From positions 27,547,278-27,611,277 of the forward strand of contig NC_083440.1 of the NCBI RefSeq assembly GCF_020745735.1: a stretch of DNA of 64,000 bases, in the 5' to 3' direction. Numbering within the stretch: position 1 is the stretch's first letter; every line of letters begins with the position of its first letter. The notes under the pieces are model-generated. The model saw nothing but the letters and a program-made list of their open reading frames with translations, did no database searches and had not been told where the DNA came from. Below are positions 26,310 to 37,880 of this stretch, in pieces. Source of the DNA: Hemiscyllium ocellatum. Lineage: Eukaryota. A program made the position numbers and the translations under genes.

Positions 26310-26372
26310 ACCCTACAACTGTGGAACCACGAACAGTGGAGACTAATGGGGCCACTCTGCAGAATCAAACAG
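26310..26372 (+). CDS. B7-family-like gene, probable stalk exon (NPTTVEPRTVETNGATLQNQT)
   Basis: 63-bp phase 1-1 exon with acceptor gttttccag| and donor G|gtaaga; in frame with the IgV exon; Thr/Pro-rich with an NQT sequon. Confidence 0.65.
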
Positions 26373-26551
26373 GTAAGATGTGGTGGAAATCTCACTCCAG
26401 GACCCAACAGTGACCCTGAAATGGAACCCAGTCCCCCACACAAACCCCCAGCACAACCACCAAGTGGCATAATGTAATCCCCCAAAATACAGTGAACAAC
26501 ACCATTACCCCCACACCCGAGTCCGAATGGAAAACTCAGGAACCACAACTG

Positions 26552-27905
26552 GGAGTCAGTGCTGAGGGAGGGTCAGCGCTGAGGGAGGGTCAGCACTGAG
26601 GGAGGGTCAGCACTGAGGGAGGGTCAGAAATGAGAGAGGGTCAGCGCTGAGGGAGAGTCAGTACTGAGGGAGGGTCAGCGCTGAGGGAGGGTCAGTACTG
26701 AGGGAGGGTCAGCGCTTAGGGAGGGTCAGTAGTAATGGAGGGTCAGCACTGAGGGAGGGTCAGTACTGAGGGAGGGTCAGTACTGAGGGAGGGTCGGAAC
26801 TGAGGGAGGGTCAGCGCTGAGGGAGGGTCAGTAGTAATGGAAGGTCAGCACTGAGGGAGGGTCAGTACTGAGGGATGATCAGTGCTGAGGGAGGGTCAGT
26901 ACTGAGGGATGGTCAGCGCTGAGGGAGGGTCAGCGCTGAGGGAGGGTCAGTAGAAACAGAGGTTCAGCACTGGTGGAGGGTCAGTACTGAGCGAGGGTCA
27001 GAGCTGTGGGAGGGTCAGTGCTGAGGGAGGGTCGGCACTGAGGGAGGGTCAGCGCTGAGGGAGGGTCAGTAGTAATGGAAGGTCAGCGCTGAGGGAGGGT
27101 CAGTACTAAGGGAGGGTCAGTATTAAGGGAGGGTCAGCATTGAGGGAGGGTCAGCACTGAGGGAGGGTCAGTACTGAGAGAGAGTCTGCACTGAGGGAGG
27201 GTCTGCACTGAGGGAAGGTCAGCACTGAGGGAGGGTCTGCACTGAGGGAGGGTCAGTACTGAGGGAGGGTCAGTACTGAGGGAGTGTTAGTACTGAGGGA
27301 GGGTCAGTACTGAGGGAGGGTCAGCACTGAGGGAATGCTGCACTGAGGGAGGGTCAGTACTGAGGGAGGGTCAGTACTGAGGGAGGGTCAGTACTGTGGG
27401 AGGGTCAGCACTGAGGGAGTGCCGCACTGTGGGAGGATCAGCGCTGAGGGAGGGTCAGTACTGAGGGAAGGTCAGCACTGAGGGAGTGTTATTACTGAGG
27501 GAGGGTCAGTACTGTGTGGGGGTCAGCACTGAGGGAGGGTCAGCACTGAGGGAGTGACGCACTGAGGAAGGGTCAGTGCTGAGGGAGTGCCGCACTGAGG
27601 GAGGGTAAGGGCTGAGGGAGGGTCTGCACTGAGGGAGGGTCTGCACTGAGGGTGGGTCAGTATTGAGGGAGGGTCAGCACCGAGGGAGGGTCAGTAATGA
27701 GGGAGGTTCAATGCTGTGGGAGGGTCGGTACTGAGGGAGGGTCAGTACTGTGGGGGGGTCAGCACTGAGTGAGTGCTGCACTGAGGGAGGGTCAGTACTG
27801 AGTGAGGGTCAGCACTGAGCGAGTGCCGCACTGAGGGAGGGTCAGTACTGAGGGAGGGTCTGCACTGAGGGAGGGTCAGTACTGAGGGAGAGTCAGTACC
27901 GAGGG
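26552..27905. repeat. 17-bp satellite (gagggagggtcagtact), about 80 copies
   Basis: Direct inspection; 16-bp gagggagtgccgcact variants appear toward the 3' end. Confidence 0.95.
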
Positions 27906-28427
27906 ATGGGCTGGGATTTAAGACCAGGACCTCCCCGGGGCAGTGTCCCACATTGGCAGGGGAGATGCCAGTGATGTCACCGTTTCTGGAACAGCTTGGC
28001 TAGGGCAGCAGCACCTTCCGGGGCAGGAATCTCCAGGGCGGGTGACGAGATGTTGACAGGGACCCGTAGCCTTCGCGGTATCCAGTGTCTCCCACTGTCC
28101 CCTGATATCACCTGGAGTGAGGCTGGAATCTGGGACCCATGATGCTCAGGACCACTGGAGCAGGCTGAGGTGGAACACCCACTCCCCCACCCCCACTCCC
28201 CACCCCAATAAAAAAATAAATAAATAGATAAATAAATAAAAGACAGTGTGAGGGGATGGTGGGACCATTCAAGGGCTTTGCCAGAAGGTAAAGAACCATC
28301 CAATAGAGAGTTTCAACCATCCATCAGAGTGAGAGTATAGAGGGGGGTGCTGGGTCAACAGTGAGGATTGATGTTAGGGAAGGAGGGAGGTTTGACCCAA
28401 TCCCTCCAACTGCAAATGTTCTGAATC

Positions 28428-28550
28428 TCAATTATCTCTCAGAATATTGGAGATGGACATTGAAAGATCTGTCTCTGCCAAGGCCATTACGTATACATTT
28501 AGGGACACCACATTTTGCACAGAACTGGATCACAATCGTTATGCGGTTAA
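28428..28550 (-). pseudogene. decayed GPR139/142-like exon-2 fragment
   Basis: The minus strand reads VNRITIVIQFCAKCGVPKCIR, then after a frameshift MALAETDLSMSISNILRDN*. This aligns with VNILAIAILAQGKCGLSKCITRYLVAMAVADLLVIILDLILRH of the intact neighbour. The acceptor is eroded (ctcgtcg vs ctcacag). Confidence 0.65.
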
Positions 28551-28928
28551 CGACGAGGATGAGAAATACACAGTGAGACAACTGATGGGGATGATGGCAA
28601 TATTATCAATTGTCCCAGCGATGTAGTGATATGGAGGCACCTGTGTATGTTTCAGATTTCCAGCATCTCCACCACTTCTCTTTCAATGAAGAGGTTCACC
28701 AAACCTTTTCCCCTGCCATAGCCAGTGTGCTTGCAGCTTTGTTACAATAGGGACAGACACTGCTGCAGTCTGTCAGACACTGTCCTGCTGCTCCGTCTTG
28801 CCCTGCCGACAGGTAATGTCCTCACTCTGATCCAAGGGTGATTGCCCCCTCCAGTTGACAAACTCTGCCCTTGGATTGTTCCTGCTCCCACTTAGGGAAA
28901 CGTTGGGAGTCTCTCCCTCCTTCTGTTC

Positions 28929-29830
28929 TCAGACATCCACAGTCTGACGAATTCGAGCAAAGGGATATTTCAGCACCTCCTTCAGCTGCTCTCTGAACTT
29001 AGTCTGGGTCACGGCGTAAATGATGGTGTTTGTGCAGCAACTCAGGAGTTGCAACATGAAGCCCCACTCCAGCACAAAATCATCGAGATCCATGAATTCA
29101 TATCCCAGATCGTACAAACGGGTCCATATGGAATACAGCATCAGTACTGACCATAACAGAATAAAATTGGCAGAGATAACAAACAGCAAAACAATTGATT
29201 TCCTTCGACTCTCCATTTTGGAGTCTTTGGCGTTCTTGTCCCTATTACAAGCCCGGAGTCTCCTGCGGGCTCTGCTGGTCACTAAAATGTATCTAACCGT
29301 CAAAATATTGAGCAGCAGAACCAAGACAAATGGGAGACATGGGGTTATAATGTGATGGAGGAACTCGATTGTCACCCAGAATAGCGATTCTAGTATTGCC
29401 AGAGAATAGTTACAAAACCACGGGAGGTTAAACAATTTATAATTTTCCCACAACATAAAATACCAGAAAAGGTTCTTTAAACAGCTCACCACAGTCACTG
29501 CTCCGAGAATGAGAGATGCTGTTCTTGGAGTGCAGTATCTGTTTTTCACTTTCTGCCAACAAATGGCCACAAACCGATCAAAGGTAAAAGTGACGGTGAA
29601 CCAGACAGAACAGTCTGTAGCTGCATAAAGCAGGACGGCGTGGATGTTACACAAGGGGGTGGACTTCAAGAAGATAAAATGCTCTTCAAAAACAATGGGG
29701 ATGTGTCTCAGTATCAGGTCAAGGATAATAACAAGGAGATCTGCCACTGCCATGGCAACCAGGTAACGGGTGATACATTTCGAGAGACCACACTTTCCTT
29801 GGGCCAGGATTGCAATCGCCAATATGTTAA
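28929..29830 (-). CDS. GPR139/GPR142-like orphan class A GPCR, exon 2 (TM1 end to TM7 and stop)
   Basis: Uninterrupted ORF with class A motifs LVAMAVADLL, FTFDRFVAIC, PCLPF and CCTNTIIYA. Acceptor gtcctcacag|TT AAC, phase 1. Confidence 0.93.
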
Positions 29831-30645
29831 CTGTGAGGACCAGAAAATGGAGATTGACTTTACACGTTGGGTATGGGGCACAGTTCTCACTTTTGCCTGA
29901 GGTAGAGACTAGGATTGGAAGGGCACAAATCTATCAGACTGTTAGCAGGGCTGCAAGGGATGACAGAGGCCAGGGCTGGTCAGGTCTCAGGTGGAATTGA
30001 GAAACAAGAACCAGAATTTTGAAAACAAGGCAATCGTGGACAGGTGGTCAGTGCAGGTCAGAGAGCACACGGAGCGCAAGGAAGAGTGACACAGATATTC
30101 AGCGAACAGACTCAGTGTACATTTCAAAAATGTGATTTGAATACCCTGTTCAACATTAAACCTGACGGGGGGACACGAGGGAAGGGAATGAAAATGCATC
30201 CTGCACCATTTTATTGTCTTCAGGTGGTTCAGAGACCGCAGAGACGCTAAAGAGCCTCAAAATTACAGCCAGGCAGGGAATATGGAGGGAAATATATTCC
30301 CTTTCTTTCGGGTATAATTTGCAGGAACATAATAAATGGTCATGGTACTGGGATGAAGTGGAAGGGGGTGGTCCATAAGGGATTCAATGATGAGGTGCTG
30401 ACAGACAATGGAAGTACAGAGGGATATTGGGCAAAAAAAGATAACAAGAATTCCAAATTATCTCTGGGACCAGCCATGGAGGAGAGCAGAGATGATGGAC
30501 AGGGGACTGCAGTGCGATTGGTGGTAGTGCTGTGACTGACTGACCCTGGAAAGGGTGACATCATCACTCTAGACATGGAGTTGCTAACAGCAGAGAGGTG
30601 ATTAGACATGGTTTGTGGAATTAATAATGGGATATAGATACCTAC

Positions 30646-30955
30646 CGGGGACCCCAACAATAGCCAGGATGGGATAGTAACCGGCCTGAATAACAACAAG
30701 CACATCCACGGTGCTCCAATCCACTGAAAGCCAATACAGACTCTCAGAGAAACCCCTGTCCATTGCTACAACCTTCTGATCTCCTCTGGTCAGATTCTCA
30801 CACCCTGTGGTAAGAAGGTTCCAATCCATTGTCCCCAGGTTCCGTTTGACTGTTGTAAGGTTCCAATCCATTGTCCCCAGGTTCCGTACGACTGTTGTAA
30901 GGTTCCAATCCATTGTCCCCAGGTTCCGTACGACTGTTGTAAGGTTCCAATCCAT
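30646..30955 (-). CDS. GPR139/GPR142-like GPCR, exon 1 (start at ATG 30955 gives 403 aa; ATG 30763 gives 339 aa)
   Basis: Ends YYPILAIVGVP with phase-1 donor G|gtaggt, joining exon 2 in frame; the upstream in-frame ATGs lie in the 42-bp repeat. Confidence 0.85.
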
Positions 30956-30995
30956 TGTCCCCAGGTTCCGTTTGTCTGTTGTAAGAAGGTTCCAA
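30810..30995 (-). repeat. 42-bp tandem repeat (about 4.5 copies) in frame with GPCR exon 1
   Basis: Encodes MDWNLTTVVRNLGT units. Confidence 0.9.
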
Positions 30996-31339
30996 CCCAC
31001 TGCTCCCTGGTTCTGACCCAGTGTTGTAAGGTTTCACAGATCCTGCTCTCTCCTCTCCGAGTCCCTCTGGAAACATTGATACCTGCTTGTGCCGACAGGA
31101 ATATTCCCTGCTAACATTATCTGATGTTTCTTTTAAAAAAGCTTCTTCTTAAATTTAGAATGTGGAAACCCTCCAGTGACACTCCACCAAGTTCCAGGGA
31201 GACTGACATTAACTACGGTCACTGAACAAATAACTTTCCTTACCTCATCTTGCTGGGGGATTTGGGATCCAATTAAAAACAAAACCTGGAATTCAGGATG
31301 GAATCAAGGATCCCTTGCAAGACTGGAATCGATGGGAAC

Positions 31340-31960
31340 CTGGGGGCAAAATCTCCATGGATAGGTGTCAGGCTCGGCACATAGGAAGATGGCTGTGGTT
31401 GTTGGAGGGTCAGTCATCTCAGCTCCAGGACATCTCTGCAGGAGATCCTCAGGGTCATATCCTAGGTCCCAACCATCTTCAGCTGCTTCATCAATGACCC
31501 CCTCTCCATCCTAAGATCAGAAGGTGGGGATGGTCACCGCTGACTACACTGGCTTCAGTCCCATCTGGGACTCCTCAGATGCTGAAGTAGTCAATGTTTA
31601 AATGTAACAAGATCTGGACAAGATCCAGGCTTGGGCTGACAAATGACAAGTAACATTCACGCCACACAAATGCCAGGCTATGGTCATCACCAATAAGAGA
31701 CAATCTAACCACCACCCCTCAAAGTTCAATGGCGTTACCATCACTGAATCCCCCCTACTATCAACATCCTGGGGGTGCCCATTGACCATGAACTCAATTG
31801 GACTCACCGCATACACACTGGCTGTGGGGGGAGGTCAGAGGCTGGGAACCCTGCAGTGAGTAACTCTCCTCCTGACTCTCCCCACAAAGCCTGTCCCACC
31901 ATCTACAATGCCGAGGGCAGGAGTGTGTGAGAATACTCCTCACTTGCCCCTGGATGGGGG
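31340..31960 (+). mobile_element. L2-like LINE RT/3' fragment, degenerate
   Basis: ISAGDPQGHILGPNHLQLLHQ; nearly the same sequence recurs at 44.95-45.4 kb. Confidence 0.65.
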
Positions 31961-32584
31961 GATTTATTTCCCCAAAATTAAAGGGAATAACTCCTTTAAC
32001 TACTCTCTCTCCTGTCACAATCCCACAAGCAATGAATAATGCCCATTGAAGCACAAAAGAGAGGATTTAACAAGACGTGAGAGAAATAGAGAAGGAGACA
32101 GCTCCACCACCCACTTTCCAAACCTCAGGAATGAGATGGGCTCTGATGGAGAATTGAATGAACTCAAACAGAAAACATTTGACTGGTGGCCTCTAATCCA
32201 ACCGGCTGGGGCAAGGGGACCTCCCTGTGTGATTCTGGAAGTGAAGGAGCCCTGCAGTTTGTAACGGGATTTTATTGATGAGAGTGTACATGGTTGAACA
32301 AATTGTTGGGGATTTCCTGCTCGGAGCCTGAAGGCTGGATGTACAAACCAAGGGGCACATTGGGAAGGACTTTGCAGGATTCCCCGCGTGCTGACTCTGT
32401 GGGAACTGCTCGGAATATCCGACCTTCTGATGGACAAGTTCCTGGCTCTCCAACCCGGAATCTCGGAGCGTCGGGGCTGGAGGCTTCAGAGAATCCGGAT
32501 TCCTGGATTGGATTGTGACTGGGGAAAGGCTAGGGAGAAGGAAATCTGGATCATCCCTTGGGATAATATACAGCTGACATCAAT

Positions 32585-32750
32585 NNNNNNNNNNNNNNNN
32601 NNNNNNNNNNNNNNNNNNNNNNNNNNNNNNNNNNNNNNNNNNNNNNNNNNNNNNNNNNNNNNNNNNNNNNNNNNNNNNNNNNNNNNNNNNNNNNNNNNNN
32701 NNNNNNNNNNNNNNNNNNNNNNNNNNNNNNNNNNNNNNNNNNNNNNNNNN
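32585..32750. other. assembly gap (N run)
   Basis: Direct inspection. Confidence 1.
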
Positions 32751-33104
32751 AACTCACTGAGCGGACCCTCCCCGACAGTAAAAGGTGTTCGAGTCCCACC
32801 CAGCTGCTCTCTCATGACTGAGGCAACAACTGGTGGGGTTTCAGCTGAGGGTCACCAGGACTCAGGTGGGGACACAGGTTGGGAAGGAAGGACGTTCAGG
32901 GTAACTTCAGTCGGTGTTAGCGACTCACAAATCAGCAGTCCAACCAACTGAGCCTCCCTGACGCTCCCCACCCCCAGTCCATCACCCATGGTGACTAACC
33001 CACCCTATCTGAACCCCCTGGTATGTGTCACCCTAACACTGTTTCAATGACCTGCAACAAACTCTCTCTCAGGTTAAAACCGGCTTTATTCATGCATTCA
33101 GCAG

Positions 33105-33840
33105 GAACGATACTCACACACACTCTCTCACACTCACACACACACAGACATACTCACAGACACACACACAGACACATAAACACACACAGATATACACACA
33201 CACTCACAAACGCACAGATACACATACACTCACACACTCACAGACATACAGTCACACACACACACACACACACACGAATACATACTCTCTCTCACACTTG
33301 CACAGATACAGAGATACACAAACACACATACTCAAACAGGCACGCAGATACACATTATCACTCACTTAAACAGACACCCAAAGACACACACTCACACATA
33401 CACACGTGTGCACACACACACACTCATACACACACACAAACGCGCACAAGCTCACACACACAAATGCATAAACCTATGCACACAGAAACAAACACAAACA
33501 CACACACAGACATGCAGACTTACACACCAACACACACATTCAGAAACACAGTTTATGCAGACACATTCTCTCACGCACACACAACACAAACACAGACAGA
33601 AAGATGCTTAAACATACACACTCCCTCACACACACAAACACAGAGACATGCAGACACATATACGCACGAACACACACTCTCACACATACACACACATACA
33701 CAGACATGCAGACACATACACACACAGACAGAAAGACGCATAAACACACATACCAACACACACAAACATGCAGTCATACAGAGACACGAACACGCTCCCC
33801 CTCACATACACACACAGACATAAACACACAGACTCACAGG
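33105..33840. repeat. (CA)n-rich microsatellite
   Basis: Direct inspection. Confidence 0.95.
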
Positions 33841-33844
33841 TGAG

Positions 33845-34575
33845 CTTTGTCACTATGGTAACACGATGCGGTTGGTTTCTGTCTCTATGTTCTGGATGAC
33901 AGAGATTAGTCTCAACTGCACCCTGTTACCATAGAGACAGAACCCAACTGCATCCCGTTACCATAGAGACAGAAACCAGCCGCACCCTGTTACCGTAGAG
34001 ACAGAGCCCAACTGCACCCTGTTACCATAGAGACAGAATCCAACTGCACCCTGTTACCATAGAGACAGAGACCAACTGCACCCTGTTACCATAGAGATAG
34101 AACCCAACTGCACATTGTTACCATAGAGACAGAACCCAACTGCAATCTGTTACCATAGAGACAGAAACCAACCGCACCCTGTTACTATAGAGACAGAACC
34201 CAACTGCAACCTGTTACCATAGAAACAGAACTCAACTGCACGCTGTTACCATAGAGACAGATCTCAACTGCACCCTGTCACCATGGAGACAGAACCCAAC
34301 TGCAACCAGTTACCACAGGAACAGAACATGACTGCACCCTTTTCCCATAGAGACAGAACCGAACTGCACCCTGTTACCATAGAGACAGAACGCGACTGTA
34401 CACTGTTACCATAGAGACAGAACGCGACTGTACCCTGTTACCATAGAGACACAACCAAGCTGCACCCTGTTTCCATAGAGACAGAACCCAACTGCGTCCT
34501 GTTACCATAGAGACAGAACACAACTGCACCCTGTTACCATAGAGACAGAACCTGACTACACCCAGTTACCACAGA
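33845..34575. repeat. 32-bp minisatellite (ctgcaccctgttaccatagagacagaacccaa), about 21 copies, plus about one inverted copy at the left edge
   Basis: Period measured between gttaccatag at 34021 and 34053. Confidence 0.95.
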
Positions 34576-34577
34576 GA

Positions 34578-37500
34578 TCACTTATCACCTTGTACCCCAC
34601 CAACCTTCACATGCGAAGAATAATCCTCTGCTATTTTCACCAACTCCAACACGACGCTATCCCTAAACACATCTTCCCTTCCCTCCCCCTGTCTGCATTC
34701 CGCAGAGATCGTTCCTTCTGGGTCAACCTAGTCCACTCCTCCATCACACCCAATACCTGTCCCATCACACACGGCACCTTCCCATCACACCTAACACCTC
34801 TCCCATCACCCCTAACACCTCTTCCATCACCCCTAACACCTCTTCCATCACACCTAACACCTCTCCCATCACCCCTAACACCTCTTCCATCACCCCTAAC
34901 ACCTCTCCCATCACACATGCCACCTTCCCATCACCCCTAACACCTCTTCCATCACACCTAACACCTCTCCCATCACACACGCCACCTTCCCATCACACCT
35001 AACACCGCTCCCATCACCCCTAACACCTCTCCCATCACCCCTAACACCTCTTCCATCACACCTAACACCTCTCCCATCACACATGCCACCTTCCCATCAC
35101 CCCTAACACCTCTTCCATCACACCTAACACCTCTCCCATCACACACGCCACCTTCCCATCACACCTAACACCGCTCCCATCACACACGCCACCTTCCCAT
35201 CACACCTAACACCGCTCCCATCACACACGCCACCTTCCCATCACACCTAACACCGCTCCCATCACACACGCCACCTTCCCATCACACCTAACACCTCGCC
35301 CATCACACACGGTGCCTTCCCATCACACCTAACACCGCTCCCAACACACACGGCACCTTCCCATCACACCTAACACCTCTCCCATCACACACGGTGCCTT
35401 CCCATCACACCTAACACCGCTCCCAACACACACGGCACCTTCCCATCACACCTAACACCTCTCCCATCACACACGGTGCCTTCCCATCACACCTAACACC
35501 GCTCCCAACACACACGGCACCTTCCCATCACACCTAACACCTCTCCCATCACACACGGTGCCTTCCCATCACACCTAACACCTCTCCCAACACACACGGC
35601 ACCTTCCCATCACACCTAACACCTCTCCCATCACACACGGTGCCTTCCCATCACACCTAACACCGCTCCCAACACACACGGCACCTTCCCATCACACCTA
35701 ACACCTCTCCCATCACACACGGCGCCTTCCCATCACATCTAACACCTCTCCCATCACACACGGCACCTTCCCATCACACCTAACACCTCTCCCATCACAC
35801 ACGGCGCCTTCCCATCACATCTAACACCGCTCCCAACACACACGGCACCTTCCCATCACACCTAACACCTCTCCCATCACACACGGCGCCTTCCCATCAC
35901 ATCTAACACCTCTCCCATCACACACGGCACCTTCCCATCACATCTAACACCTCTCCCATCACACACGGCACCTTCCCATTACACCTAACACCTCTCCCAT
36001 CACACACGGCACCTTCCCATCACATCTAACACCTCTCCCATCACACACGGCACCTTCCCATCACACCTAACACCTCTCCCATCACACACGGCGCCTTCCC
36101 ATCACATCTAACACCGCTCCCAACACACACGGCACCTTCCCATCACACCTAACACCTCTCCCATCACACACGGCGCCTTCCCATCACATCTAACACCTCT
36201 CCCATCACACACGGCACCTTCCCATCACATCTAACACCTCTCCCATCACACACGGCACCTTCCCATTACACCTAACACCTCTCCCATCACACACGGCACC
36301 TTCCCATCACATCTAACACCTCTCCCATCACACACGGCACCTTCCCATCACACCTAACACCTCTCCCATCACACACGGCGCCTTCCCATCACATCTAACA
36401 CCTCTCCCATCACACACGGCACCTTCCCATCACACCTAACACCTCTCCCATCACACACGGCACCTTCCCATCACACCTAACACCTCTCCCATCACACACG
36501 GCACCTTCCCATCACATCTAACACCTCTCCCATCACACATAACACCTCTCCCATCACACATAACACCTCTCCCATCACCCCTAACACTTCTCCCAACACA
36601 CACGCCACCTTCCCATCACACCTAACACCTCTCCCATCACACACGCCACCTTCCCATCACACCTAACACCTCTCCCATCACACACGCCACCTTCCCATCA
36701 CACCTAACACCTCTCCCAACACACACGCCACCTTCCCATCACACCTAACACATCTCCCATCACACACGGCATCTTCCCATCACACATAACCCCTCTCCCA
36801 TCACACACAGCACCTTCCCATCACACCTAACACATCTCCCATCACACACGGCATCTTCCCATCACACATAACCCCTCTCCCATCACACACAGCACCTTCC
36901 CATCACACCTAACACCTCTCCCATCACACATAACACCACTCCCATCACTCACGCCACCTTCCCATCACACACGGCACCTTCCCATCACACCTAACACCTC
37001 TCCCATCAGACACGGCACCTTCCCATCATAACTAACAACTCTCCCATCACACCTAACACCTTTCCCATCACACACAGCACCTTCCCATCACACCTAACAC
37101 CTCTCCCATCACACACGGCACCTTCCCATGCAATTGCAGAAGGTGCAATACCTGCCCCTTTACCTCTTCCATGCTCACCATCCAATACCCAAACACTCAT
37201 TTCAGATTAAGCTGCGTTTCACTTGTACCTCTTTCAATTTGGTCTATTGCAGTCGTTGCTCCCAGTGAGGTCTTCTCTATCTCGGAGAGACAAAACGCCG
37301 ACTGGGTGCTCGCTTTGCTGAGCACCTTCGGTCTGTACACAATCGTGTCCCGGACCTTCCCGTGGCTTGCCCCTTCAACACCCAACCCTGCTCCCATGCC
37401 CACATGTCTGTCCTGGGCCTGCTGCAATGTTCCAGTGAAGCTCAGCACAAACTGGAGGAACACGTCCCTTCCGACTGGACATGTTACAGCCTGCCTGTCT

Positions 37501-37880
37501 CAACATCGAATTCAACAACTTCAGATGATTATCCCATCTCCACCCCTCTGTTTTCATTCTGCTCCATGATCTTTTTATTTTATATTTTTTCCACTGTTTT
37601 GTTTCTCTTATTTCTTGATGGTCTCTCTTTCTCTCGCTCCCCACTCTCTCCCCACCTTTTTCCTCTCCTCTTCCCCCTTTGCTACCGTTCTCTCCTGTTT
37701 TCCATTTGTCTCTGCTTCACCCCCACGCGCCCATAGTTTGTCACACAGCACTGGCTTTAGCCTTGGTCATTCCCAGCTCCTAACCTCCCTATAATCTCTC
37801 TGCACACTGTCATTATCACCTCTTTATTGCTGCCTTTGTTTCTGGTACCATGACTCACCTTCTCTCAGCCTCGTATAAAT
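34578..37880 (+). mobile_element. Penelope-like element 3' part (GIY-YIG endonuclease region), split by an internal minisatellite expansion
   Basis: Left part FHQLQHDAIPKHIFPSLPLSAFRRDRS...THGTFP; right part THGTFPCNCRRCNTCP...LYLGETKRRLGARFAEHLRSV, a GIY-YIG-type YxGET..L..RF.EH motif. Confidence 0.85.
34770..37125. repeat. 41-bp (20+21 bp) minisatellite cccatcacacacggcacctt + cccatcacacctaacacctct
   Basis: Direct inspection; the unit matches the host Penelope sequence at both edges. Confidence 0.95.

Noticed and set aside
28441-28572. Plus-strand exon-like frame ILEMDIERSVSAKAITYTF... after ctctcag
   Set aside because: It is better explained as the antisense of the decayed GPCR fragment.
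30602-31000. ORF-track GTG start at 31000 and TTG start at 29822 for the GPCR
   Set aside because: Non-ATG starts are prokaryotic conventions of the track; the spliced model uses ATG 30955 or 30763 and the acceptor at 29831-29832.
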